Virus record (IMG/VR): IMGVR_UViG_3300048693_000367 | Location: 58,199 to 122,198 of that record | Source of the DNA: a virus | Lineage: Duplodnaviria > Caudoviricetes | Reading direction: 5' to 3' (one strand) | Length of the DNA stretch: 64,000 nucleotides | Position numbers and translations under genes: made by a program | The notes under the pieces: model-generated | The model's database searches: none | What the model saw: the letters and a program-made list of their open reading frames with translations, nothing else | What the model was told of the DNA's origin: nothing | In this document: positions 1 to 9,228 of the stretch, piece by piece | Position numbering within the stretch: the first letter of the stretch is position 1 | Layout: each line of letters begins with the position of its first letter

Positions 1-291
1 GAAACATCAGAGTCTGGTCCCGTTAAGCGTACTACGAAGCCAAAGGTTACCAAGCCTAAAGTTAGAAAAACAACTAACAAATTTGAAAAAATGGCTGAAT
101 TTAATATGTGTAAAGAGGATGTGGAAATTGATAAAAAAATTAGAAAGCCACCGCCATCTGCTAGAAATAGACCGTTTGATCTTGTAAAAGTACGGTGTCG
201 TATTTGTGGAAAAAAAGAAAAAGTTGCACCATCACTGGTTGAATCCCATGATAGATATAAGTGCAACAAGTGTTCAACAGGAGCAGGCTGA
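1..291 (+). CDS. hypothetical Zn-ribbon protein (probably 5'-truncated by window edge)
   Basis: CRIC...CNKC motif; frame is open upstream of the ATG at 91; stop overlaps the helicase ATG (TGATG). Confidence 0.6.
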   Translation, partial: ETSESGPVKRTTKPKVTKPKVRKTTNKFEKMAEFNMCKEDVEIDKKIRKPPPSARNRPFDLVKVRCRICGKKEKVAPSLVESHDRYKCNKCSTGAG

Positions 292-1745
292 TGATTTTGT
301 GTGATCCCGCCGCAGAAAGAGCGGTATTGGCTGGCATATGTACATACGGCGAAAACGCTTATTTAGATGTGGCTGATATTGTACAAGAAACCTCTTTTAC
401 TATTGATAGCAATAGTATTATATTTAAGTGTGTAAAAACACTTTGCGAAAACCATCAGAATACTATTGATATAGCGTCAATATATTCTGTGTCTCAAGAG
501 TTGGGCGTTTCTCATATTCTATCCAAGAAAGAAGAAACACAACATCTTAAGGCTATTATGGATTTTCCAGTTAGCCTTGATAATGTTCGCAAGTTTGCTG
601 CTAAAATTCGTAAGCTAGAAATAGCTAGATTATTACGTAAACAGTTGGAAACAACTCAGGATAAAATTCTTGAGATCACAGGCAATGAACCAATAGCGTC
701 AATTATTGGAATAGCAGAAGATAGTATTTTTAATTTTACGTCTCTGTTAAATGATGCTGATGACAAGCCCGTATCTATAGGATCCGACATAGAAGAATAT
801 GTCAAAAATCTTGAAGAAAATAAAACAGATCAAGTTGGTATTCCAACCGGCTTTCCTATCTATGATCAAGCCATAGGTGGCGGTTTGCGTAAAGGAACAA
901 TCAATGTTATTGGTGCTAGACCAAAAACCGGTAAAACCTTATTGTCAGATAATATGGGTTTCCATATTGCCAATAAATTAGGCTTGCCAGTACTCAATAT
1001 GGATACAGAAATGAACAAGGAAGATCATATAAATAGAGTACTTGCTATGATGACAGAAATAGAAATTAATAGTATTGAAACCGGCAAGTTTGCGGAATCA
1101 CCAGATAAAAAGAATAAAATTAATAATGCTGTCAAGTCTTTAAAGGACACAAAATTATTTTATAAAACTATCGCCGGTAAACCATTTGAAGATCAATTAG
1201 CAATTATGCGACGATGGTTAGTAAAAGAAGTAGGATTAAACGACGATGGTACAGCAAAAGATTGTGTAATATTTTACGACTATTTGAAACTCATGGATAG
1301 TGCTGGTATTAATCAAGATCTAAAAGAATATCAAGTTCTTGGATTTATGATGACCAGTTTACATAATTTTGCAGTTAGGTACAAGGTGCCTATTGTTGCT
1401 TTTATCCAATTAAATCGTGACGGTATCACAAAAGAAAGTACAGACTCGGCAAGCGGATCTGATAGAATTATTTGGTTATGTAGTAATTTTAGTATCTTCA
1501 AGCGTAAAAGCGATGAAGAAATTGCAGAAGATGGTCCAGATAATGGTAATAGAAAACTATTGCCTCTAGTAAGCCGCCACGGCGGAGGTCTTGATGATAA
1601 CGACTATATTAACTGCAACATGAAGGGATGGTGCGCTAAAATCACAGAAGGTAAAACACATCTTGAAATTAAAAACAATTCTAAATCTGAGAGCGAGGGC
1701 TTCGTAATCGATGACGATGACAATGACCAAATCCCATTTGAATGA
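291..1745 (+). CDS. dnaB: replicative DNA helicase, DnaB family
   Basis: N-term AERAVLAGI; GIPTGF; Walker A GARPKTGKT; EM; FYDYLKLM; QLNR; SGSDRI. Probable start ATG 291 after AGGAG. Confidence 0.95.
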   Translation: MILCDPAAERAVLAGICTYGENAYLDVADIVQETSFTIDSNSIIFKCVKTLCENHQNTIDIASIYSVSQELGVSHILSKKEETQHLKAIMDFPVSLDNVRKFAAKIRKLEIARLLRKQLETTQDKILEITGNEPIASIIGIAEDSIFNFTSLLNDADDKPVSIGSDIEEYVKNLEENKTDQVGIPTGFPIYDQAIGGGLRKGTINVIGARPKTGKTLLSDNMGFHIANKLGLPVLNMDTEMNKEDHINRVLAMMTEIEINSIETGKFAESPDKKNKINNAVKSLKDTKLFYKTIAGKPFEDQLAIMRRWLVKEVGLNDDGTAKDCVIFYDYLKLMDSAGINQDLKEYQVLGFMMTSLHNFAVRYKVPIVAFIQLNRDGITKESTDSASGSDRIIWLCSNFSIFKRKSDEEIAEDGPDNGNRKLLPLVSRHGGGLDDNDYINCNMKGWCAKITEGKTHLEIKNNSKSESEGFVIDDDDNDQIPFE

Positions 1746-2865
1746 TCAGGCTAAACTAAAAATAGTATGTGATGAGGTGTGTGATAACATCGAAACGTTA
1801 CTAGATTCTTTTGGTTTAGACTATAAATTCAATAATAAGATGATCACAATGCCATGTCCAATTCATGGTGGAGATAATGTATCCGCTCTTAATCTATATC
1901 CAGAAGGAGATAGTTATAGAGGAAATTGGAAATGTAGAACACATAATTGCGAAAAGATCTTTAAAGGATCCGTTATAGGTTTTATCAGAGGAGTCATATC
2001 TAATCAAAAATATAATTGGAAGGAATCTGGCGATGAAACATGCTCCTTCAAAGAAGCTGTAGAATATGCTACATCTTTTATTAACAAAGACCTAAGTAGT
2101 ATTAAAATTAGTCGAAAAGAAAGAGAAAAGAAACAGTTTACTGCTGTGGTAGGTTATCTTAATAAAGATCAAACCACATCATTATCCAAAGTCACTAGAC
2201 AACAAATCATTAAGTCTTTGAATATTCCAGCACAATATTATTTGGATCGTAAATATTCTAAAGATATTTTGATGAAATATGATGTTGGTATGTGCGAAAA
2301 AGAAGGTAAAGAAATGTACAACAGAATAGTTGTGCCTATTTATGATAATGACCATAAATATATGGTAGGTTGTACTGGTCGTAGTATTTATGAAAAATGT
2401 CCATCATGCAAAGGTTTTCACAATCCGTCTCATAGTTGTCCAAATAAGGATGATGTGTGGAAATTTTCAAAATGGAAGCATAATGCTGATTTTAAAAGCC
2501 AAAACCATCTTTACAACTTCTGGTTTGCTAAAGAACATATACTAAAATCAGGAATTGCTATTATAGTTGAAAGTCCTGGTAATGTATGGAGACTAGAAGA
2601 AAATGGTATACATAATAGCGTAGCAATGTTCGGATCTTCTCTTAGCGACAGACAGAAAATTTTATTGGATTCTTCTGGCGCTATGAGTCTTATCGTTCTA
2701 ACAGATAATGATGAGGCTGGACGTAAAGCAGCAGATCAAATTAAGCATAAGTGCCAAAATACTTATCGTATATTTATACCACCAATTAGTGCATCAGACG
2801 TTGGAGAGATGACATCAGAACAAATTAATAATGAAATTAAAACCTACTTAGAAAGTATTGTATGA
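1711..2865 (+). CDS. dnaG: DNA primase (CHC2 Zn finger + Toprim)
   Basis: CPIHGGDN...WKCRTHNC zinc finger; RIVVPI; Toprim IIVESPGNV and LTDNDEAG. Confidence 0.9.
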   Translation: MTMTMTKSHLNDQAKLKIVCDEVCDNIETLLDSFGLDYKFNNKMITMPCPIHGGDNVSALNLYPEGDSYRGNWKCRTHNCEKIFKGSVIGFIRGVISNQKYNWKESGDETCSFKEAVEYATSFINKDLSSIKISRKEREKKQFTAVVGYLNKDQTTSLSKVTRQQIIKSLNIPAQYYLDRKYSKDILMKYDVGMCEKEGKEMYNRIVVPIYDNDHKYMVGCTGRSIYEKCPSCKGFHNPSHSCPNKDDVWKFSKWKHNADFKSQNHLYNFWFAKEHILKSGIAIIVESPGNVWRLEENGIHNSVAMFGSSLSDRQKILLDSSGAMSLIVLTDNDEAGRKAADQIKHKCQNTYRIFIPPISASDVGEMTSEQINNEIKTYLESIV

Positions 2866-3503
2866 CAAAAATCTTAGCATTTTCTGGCAGAAAACAATCT
2901 GGAAAAAGTACTTCCGGGGAATTTGTAGAAAACTTTATTAAGCAAAATTTCCTACCAATTTCTTGCAAGCTATATAGTTTTGCTGATCCATTAAAGCAAG
3001 ATATCTGTATGAATCTGCTAGGATTAACATACGAGCAATGTTATGGTACAGATGACGACAAGAATACATTGACACATATACGTTGGTCTGATATGCCAAT
3101 AGAGATTCAGCAAAGACACCATAATGACACGGTGGTTAATGACTACTTAACATCAAGACAGGTTATGGAGGTCGTTGGCACAGAAATCTTTCGTAAAATG
3201 TATGGTAATATTTGGGTGGACGCTACTATATCGAAAATATACAGAGAGGAATATGATTTAGCTATCATTTTAGATAATCGCTTTCCTAATGAGGTAAATA
3301 GCGTATTAGATAATAATGGAATAGTTATCAGACTAACCAAAGACATATTCAACTCAAACTCTGAACCAGAACGAGCATTAGATCCAGATAATTATGATTG
3401 GAGTAAATTTACTCTGGTATTAGATAACTCTAATATGACGCTCGAACAAAAAAACAACGCAATTCTTACTTTTCTTCAAAATCAAGGAATACTACCATTA
3501 TAA
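2862..3503 (+). CDS. deoxynucleoside monophosphate kinase (T4 gp1-like)
   Basis: P-loop SGRKQSGKST; FADPLK; RQVMEVVGTE; DNRFPNE. Confidence 0.85.
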   Translation: MTKILAFSGRKQSGKSTSGEFVENFIKQNFLPISCKLYSFADPLKQDICMNLLGLTYEQCYGTDDDKNTLTHIRWSDMPIEIQQRHHNDTVVNDYLTSRQVMEVVGTEIFRKMYGNIWVDATISKIYREEYDLAIILDNRFPNEVNSVLDNNGIVIRLTKDIFNSNSEPERALDPDNYDWSKFTLVLDNSNMTLEQKNNAILTFLQNQGILPL

Positions 3504-3553
3504 ATGATGTGTCTATAATATCTTTGGTGTATATCATATAGAACACAAAAGGA

Positions 3554-4078
3554 TTGTTTATGCAAAAACTCTATGATATATCTAAAGAATATTTAGAAGA
3601 ACATTATATAAAACAGCAAAAAAGCGCACAACAAATTTGCAACGAACTAAATATTAAATCCAAAACCGTTATCTTAAGACTCCTTAAAAAATATAATATT
3701 CCTTCCAATAGTCAATTCGGCAAACCCAACAAAAACACTAAAAAATTTGGAGATATTCATCAGTCTTATATTTGTACTTTACGACTCAGAGCAAAAAATA
3801 AAAAAATTGACTTTAATTTAGATGGGGACTATTTATGGAAATTATTTTTAAAACAAAAACGTAAATGCGCATTGTCTGGTTTATTATTAGTATTCCCAAA
3901 AGCGTGGGGAATTAAATCAAAAACCAATATCACAGCATCTTTAGACAGAATTGACTCTAAACTTGGCTATGTTAAAGGTAATGTTCAATGGGTACACAAA
4001 ACAATTAACACAATGAAAATGAACATGAGCGATAATGAATTTATTTACTTTTGTAAAAAGGTTGCTGACTATTCATGA
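3554..4078 (+). CDS. free-standing HNH-type (homing) endonuclease with N-terminal HTH-like region
   Basis: CALSG...SLDRIDSKLGYVKGNVQWVHKTINTMK; inserted between two replication genes. Confidence 0.75.
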   Translation: MFMQKLYDISKEYLEEHYIKQQKSAQQICNELNIKSKTVILRLLKKYNIPSNSQFGKPNKNTKKFGDIHQSYICTLRLRAKNKKIDFNLDGDYLWKLFLKQKRKCALSGLLLVFPKAWGIKSKTNITASLDRIDSKLGYVKGNVQWVHKTINTMKMNMSDNEFIYFCKKVADYS

Positions 4079-5118
4079 TTATAACCTATCTAAGGAGTTC
4101 AAGTTATGGAACTCATTCTTTTTGTCCAATGCAATATTTTATTGAATATAATTTGGGCATTAGATCTCCCTCAAATAAAAAAGCCGATAAAGGCACTATT
4201 TGTCATAAGGTATTAGAAATTTTAGCTCATATTAAATTATGCACCCAGAATAATCAAAGTATTTATATTGACGATATTATTGGCGATGTTGATATAAATA
4301 AGTATAATTTGACCCATATCATCGAGCAGGTTTACAAATACTATACTGCTCAGTTTAAACACCACGAATGGACGGCCAAAGACTATAAAGACTGCCTCCT
4401 ATGGGTAAATAAAGCAATCACAGACCACAATGGTAACTTTGATCCACGCAACAGAGACATACTACAACCAGAACAACATTTTGATATCGTGATCAATAAG
4501 CCTTGGGCTTATTATAAATATAAAACTAAAACTGAAGATTTAGAAGGTCATTTAGCCATAAAAGGAACAATTGATCTTATTACTAAAGTAAATGATGATA
4601 CAATAGAAATTATAGACTGGAAAACTGGTCGTAGATTAGATTGGGCAACCGGAGAGGAAAAAACTCTCGCCAAGTTGCAAAATGATCCACAATTAAGAAT
4701 TTATCATTATGCTGTTAGCGCATTGTATCCAAATATATCACATATAATTTTTACAATCAATTTTATAAATGATGGTGGGGCTTTCAGTGTTTGTTATGAC
4801 AAATCGGATTTGCCTAAAACAGAAGATATGATTAGGCAAAAGTTCGAAACCATAAAAAGCACCAAAGTTCCTCAGTTGAATAAAAGCTGGAAGTGCAATA
4901 AGCTATGTCATTTTGGAAAAACAACTTTTGAAAATACCCATGTTCTGCCGATACTAGAATATAGAGATGGACAATTATGTAAAGTTGATACGCATATGAC
5001 CAAGTGTGAACAGCTTAAGCACGATATCGAACTAAAAGGTATGGATGTGGTGGTTGACGAATACACTTTTCCAGGTTATAGTATTGGTGCCTACAAGGCC
5101 CCAGGATCTGCTGAATAG
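4075..5118 (+). CDS. PD-(D/E)xK exonuclease (RecB/Cas4-like superfamily)
   Basis: GTICHKVLE; E..F; KGTIDLI...IIDWKTG; QLRIY; Cys pattern C...CxxxC...C. Confidence 0.85.
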   Translation: MIITYLRSSSYGTHSFCPMQYFIEYNLGIRSPSNKKADKGTICHKVLEILAHIKLCTQNNQSIYIDDIIGDVDINKYNLTHIIEQVYKYYTAQFKHHEWTAKDYKDCLLWVNKAITDHNGNFDPRNRDILQPEQHFDIVINKPWAYYKYKTKTEDLEGHLAIKGTIDLITKVNDDTIEIIDWKTGRRLDWATGEEKTLAKLQNDPQLRIYHYAVSALYPNISHIIFTINFINDGGAFSVCYDKSDLPKTEDMIRQKFETIKSTKVPQLNKSWKCNKLCHFGKTTFENTHVLPILEYRDGQLCKVDTHMTKCEQLKHDIELKGMDVVVDEYTFPGYSIGAYKAPGSAE

Positions 5119-5266
5119 AATTGATAGTTCAAAAGGATACATCCAAAGCAATGTTTGGTGGGTCAAAAAAGATATCAATAAAATGAAACTAGACTTTCCT
5201 TTGCATACGTTTATTGCATTATGTGAAAAGGTCGTAGCCAACAAGGAGAAAATTGGATGGACATGA
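5115..5266 (+). pseudogene. C-terminal remnant of an HNH endonuclease paralogous to 3554..4078
   Basis: RIDSSKGYIQSNVWWVKKDINKMK...FIALCEKV aligns with RIDSKLGYVKGNVQWVHKTINTMK...FIYFCKKV; no N-terminal part or credible start. Confidence 0.75.
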
Positions 5267-6694
5267 GCAATTATATACCGCTTCATGTCCATTCCTAAGT
5301 GGGCCATGTTCTCACTTCTGGATGGACTCTCAAAACCTGAGCAAATTGCAGAGCGTTGTAAAGAGATAGGTGCAAAAGCATGTGCGCTAACTGATCACGG
5401 TAATATTGCCGGAGCAGTTAAGTTTTATTCGGCCATGAAAAGCGCCGGTGTGAAACCTATTCTTGGTTGCGAACTATATATATGTGATCAAGACCCAACC
5501 ATAAAAGAAAAAGATAACAAAAATCTTAGTCATTTTATAGTGTTGGCCAAAAACTATAATGGATGGAAAGATCTAATTAAGATTGTTTCTGAATCTAATA
5601 AGCCAGAACACTATTATCATAAGCCAAGATTAGATCTTAAAACTATACAATCTTTGAATCGTGGTAATCTTATTGCTGTTACCGGGCATTTAGGATCAAC
5701 ATTAGCAGATATTATTCTGGATAATTATAGTCTCAAATCTGATTGGTTGGAATTGGGCAAACAGCATATCTCAACATTAAAGGATATTTTTGGAGATTTT
5801 GTATTTCTAGAAGCCCAACTAATGGACAAAGACAATCTGCTTGTACAAAATATACTAACAGACGCTATTAGACAGTTGGGGAAAATTACAAACACTAAGG
5901 TTATTTGCACTCCTGATGCTCACTATTGTCGTAGAGAGGACGCTATTGATCAAAGAATTCTTCTGTGTAATAATCTTAAAATAACATTTCCTGATATTAG
6001 TCGTAAGATTAGTAATGATGAAGACATTCCAATGGGATGTTTTTTCACTTCGGATAATTATCATATTCCATCACAAGAAGAGATGAAAGAGTGGCATACA
6101 AAAGAAGAAATAGAAAATACTAATTTTGTATCAGACTTAATAGAAGAATATGATATACTTAGCAAACCAAAGCTACCACCCTTTGATTGTCCTAATAATT
6201 TATCTCAAGATGAATATCTCAGAGAATTATGTAGAAAGGGCTGGAAAGATAAGATAGCTAATGTTATACCACAAGATCAGCAACAGCAATATATAGATCG
6301 TATCAAAAACGAACTAGATGTTTTACAGGGTGCTGGGTTGAGTAGTTATTTTCTAATAGTACAAGACATTGTTAATTATGTTAGAAAAAACGTATGGCTT
6401 CCGGGACCAGGTAGAGGATGTTTTTTACCAGACTCTAGAGTTTTAACTCCAAGTGGTGAACTCATACCTATTGTTAATATGAATATTGGTGATGAAGTTA
6501 TCGATGCTTATGGTAATAAGCAAAAAATAACTAATACTTTTCAATACGAGGTCGAAGAAGAAATACTACAATTAGAGCTAGAGAACGGCAAGATTATAAG
6601 ATGCACCAAAGACCATAAATTCTTGACCAAGAATAGAGGGTGGGTAGAAGCGCAATATCTCACAGAACTAGATGATTTGGTTGAAGTTAAATAA
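5263..6694 (+). CDS. dnaE: DNA polymerase III alpha-type, fragment 1 (PHP domain to GPGRG) + N-terminal split intein; 10-nt interruption at 5296-5305
   Basis: MSNYIPLHVHS* (5263-5298) then MFSLLDG in +1 frame (5306); TDHG, GCE, DAHY, YFLIV, GPGRG; then intein start CFLPDSRV. Confidence 0.9.
6419..6691 (+). mobile_element. split intein N-half (91 aa)
   Basis: Block A CFLPDSRVLT directly after GPGRG; block B IRCTKDHKFLT; GWVEAQYL..DDLV then stop. Confidence 0.92.
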
Positions 6695-6744
6695 AAAGAA
6701 CCCCGACCAAGACTTTTGGTGTAATCTAGACCAGGAGAATAAAG

Positions 6745-7539
6745 ATGAAATACATTACACAACAATATCTAATCGACAATAATTACTCGACCAAAGGTAT
6801 ATCAAATATCTCTTTTAAGGGAAAATGTCAAAAATGTAAAAACAATTTTAAATATTCTAGTTTGAAAAAATTTCTACAAAATAGAAAAGATTTATCTAAA
6901 GACCAATGGATGTTATGTCAAAAATGTTTTTTGCGATTAAAAACCGCGGATAATCCTGTATGGTTAGAAAAAAATAGACAAGCACAGATTATTGCTCAAA
7001 ATAAACCAGAACAAATACAAAAAAATAAAATAGGAGTTTCCAACTCTTGGTCAAAAGAACGCAAAGCCAAAGCGTCTGAACATCTTAAAAAAAGATGGAA
7101 TAACGATGAACAGTTTAAAAATATCGCTCTACAAAATCTACAGCATAATCCGGATAATTTTATCAAAGGAATAGGTTCTGGTGGCTTAAAAGGAATATAC
7201 AGTAATATACCATATCATAGCGCGTTAGAGCTATCTTTTATATTGTGGTGCGAATCAAAAAATATATCTATTAAAAGATACGATCTTGATCCAATAGAAT
7301 ATTTAGATGAAAATAAGAACATTAGACAATACTATCCAGACTTCATAATTAACAAAACAACTATAGTAGAAATAAAAGGTAAAGGAATATGGTATCAAAA
7401 AAATTACGAAAGAAATATATGTAAAATACAAGAAGCAAAAAAACAGTCAAAAAATTATTGCGTATATTATGACATTGATGAACAGACTAAATTATTTTAT
7501 AAGAAGGCAAGGAGACTGCATCGTGAGAATCAAAAATAA
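6745..7539 (+). CDS. free-standing endonuclease (TnsA-like PD-(D/E)xK) between the intein halves
   Basis: HSALELSF...IEY...YYPDFII...IVEIKG; N-terminal CQKC/CQKC; own RBS (AGGAG). Confidence 0.75.
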   Translation: MKYITQQYLIDNNYSTKGISNISFKGKCQKCKNNFKYSSLKKFLQNRKDLSKDQWMLCQKCFLRLKTADNPVWLEKNRQAQIIAQNKPEQIQKNKIGVSNSWSKERKAKASEHLKKRWNNDEQFKNIALQNLQHNPDNFIKGIGSGGLKGIYSNIPYHSALELSFILWCESKNISIKRYDLDPIEYLDENKNIRQYYPDFIINKTTIVEIKGKGIWYQKNYERNICKIQEAKKQSKNYCVYYDIDEQTKLFYKKARRLHRENQK

Positions 7540-7627
7540 GAAAATTATTCAATACAAAGGATATGTTCATGATTTATCTGTTCAAAATTCAAAAACATAT
7601 AATATCGAAGGAATAGCGGTTCATAAT
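7523..7627 (+). mobile_element. split intein C-half
   Basis: Block F/G VHDLSVQNSKTYNIEGIAVHN followed by Ser+1 (SAAG). Confidence 0.92.
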
Positions 7628-8374
7628 AGTGCGGCAGGTTGTCTAGTATCATATCTTATTGGTATCACCAGCATAGATCCAATTAAGTATAATCTATTGT
7701 TTCAGAGGTTTTACAACGAAGGAAGAAATACTAAAGACCATATATCCATGCCAGATATTGATGTGGACGTACCGATCAACAAAAGAGAATTAATCATACA
7801 ATATATTAAGGATAAATATGGTTATGATAAAGTTTCTCAGATGGTAACGTTTAATACCATCAAAGGACGAGGAGCACTAAAAGACGTATTAAGAGTATAT
7901 GGTAATATTAGTTTTGAAGAAATGAATACTATCACTAAAAATATACCGGACGAGGCCAAAATTGCGGACGAATTGCAAGAAATGAAAGAAGAAACTGGAG
8001 AAGCATCTATCATAAGATGGGCATTAGAAAATAATGCTGAAAAACTCAAGGATTGGTGTTATATTGACGATAATGGAGAATTGCAGGGGCCTTTGGCAAA
8101 AAGGTTCGAGCAGGCTATTAGATTAGAGGGTACAAAATCCAATCAGTCAAAACACGCAGCCGGTATTGCTATCAGTTCAGAGCCACTAGGAGATTTATGT
8201 CCCATGGTTTACGATAGTAAAAACGAACAACTTATTGCTGGCATGGAGATGCAAGACTTAGAAAATATTGGCATTATCAAGTTCGATATTCTCGGAGTTG
8301 CAATGTTGGATAAAGTTATGACTATTACAGACCTATTAAAACAAGGAGTAAAAAATGAGCCAAGTACAATTTAA
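7523..8374 (+). CDS. dnaE: split intein C-half (35 aa) + DnaE fragment 2 (palm catalytic core)
   Basis: GTG 7523 after AAGGAG; VHDLSV...YNIEGIAVHN/S; SAAGCLVSYLIGIT; MPDIDVD; SKHAAG; KFDILG. Confidence 0.92.
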   Translation: MRIKNKKIIQYKGYVHDLSVQNSKTYNIEGIAVHNSAAGCLVSYLIGITSIDPIKYNLLFQRFYNEGRNTKDHISMPDIDVDVPINKRELIIQYIKDKYGYDKVSQMVTFNTIKGRGALKDVLRVYGNISFEEMNTITKNIPDEAKIADELQEMKEETGEASIIRWALENNAEKLKDWCYIDDNGELQGPLAKRFEQAIRLEGTKSNQSKHAAGIAISSEPLGDLCPMVYDSKNEQLIAGMEMQDLENIGIIKFDILGVAMLDKVMTITDLLKQGVKNEPSTI

Positions 8375-8546
8375 AGATGTTGGTGAAAATACAACGTTTA
8401 AATCAAATGGTATAGAATACAAAAAGATACCTATGGTTAAAATTAGTTGCTGTCGATCAATAAACGCTGAACAGGTCGACAATCCTGCTCAAAGAACATT
8501 CGTTCCACCAAACACAGAGGTTGAAGTTAATGATCAACAACAATAA
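8355..8546 (+). CDS. hypothetical protein
   Basis: 63-aa ORF with AAGGAG RBS, overlapping neighbours. Confidence 0.6.
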   Translation: MSQVQFKDVGENTTFKSNGIEYKKIPMVKISCCRSINAEQVDNPAQRTFVPPNTEVEVNDQQQ

Positions 8547-9228
8547 GATTTGTGTTTTTGATTTTGAGACCGATGGTTCTGATCCGCGATCATGTAGTCC
8601 GGTACAAATTGCTGCTTTAATTATTGACCCTATTAATCTAGAGATCGTAGAAGGATCCGAACTTAATGTGTTTTTTAAACCAGAAGTTTTGGAAAACAAT
8701 GATAATTATACATATGAAACAGATATCCTAGACTTTCATTCCAAAGTAAAAGGATGTTCTAAAGACGATGTTTTAAAGTCCTGGTATAATTATCCAAAAC
8801 AAGATCATTCTTGGAAAATGTTTGTTAATTATTTAGATAAATATCATTCTAGAAGTTCTAAAAAGAGTCAGTTTAGTGCTCCTATTGCTGCTGGCTATAA
8901 TATCAACAGATTCGATCTGCATATCGTTGACAGACTAAGCAATAAATATGGTAATCTGAATAAAGAACAAAGAACAAACTTATTCTATCCTAGAGATGTT
9001 ATAGATGCTATGAATTTAGTATTTTATTGGTTTGAACACAACAACGAACTAAAAAGTTACACACTAGATAGTCTAAGAGAATATTTTGGCATATCAAAAG
9101 ATGGTGGTCATGATGCTCTAAAAGACGTTAAAGATACAGCCGCAATTATTATTAGATTTCTAAAATTACACAGAAGCTTGGGACAAAAAGTTAAATTTAA
9201 AAATTCATTTATAGACAATAATGACTAA
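8530..9228 (+). CDS. DEDDh 3'-5' exonuclease (DNA pol III epsilon-like)
   Basis: VFDFETDG; AGYNINRFD; HDALKD. Confidence 0.88.
   Translation: MINNNKICVFDFETDGSDPRSCSPVQIAALIIDPINLEIVEGSELNVFFKPEVLENNDNYTYETDILDFHSKVKGCSKDDVLKSWYNYPKQDHSWKMFVNYLDKYHSRSSKKSQFSAPIAAGYNINRFDLHIVDRLSNKYGNLNKEQRTNLFYPRDVIDAMNLVFYWFEHNNELKSYTLDSLREYFGISKDGGHDALKDVKDTAAIIIRFLKLHRSLGQKVKFKNSFIDNND

Noticed and set aside
4075-5118. Cas4 as evidence of a CRISPR system
   Set aside because: Stand-alone PD-(D/E)xK nucleases are common in phage replication modules; no other cas genes.
5296-5298. Stop-codon reassignment explaining the dnaE TAA
   Set aside because: Readthrough stays in the wrong frame, and TAA, TAG and TGA all terminate genes normally elsewhere.
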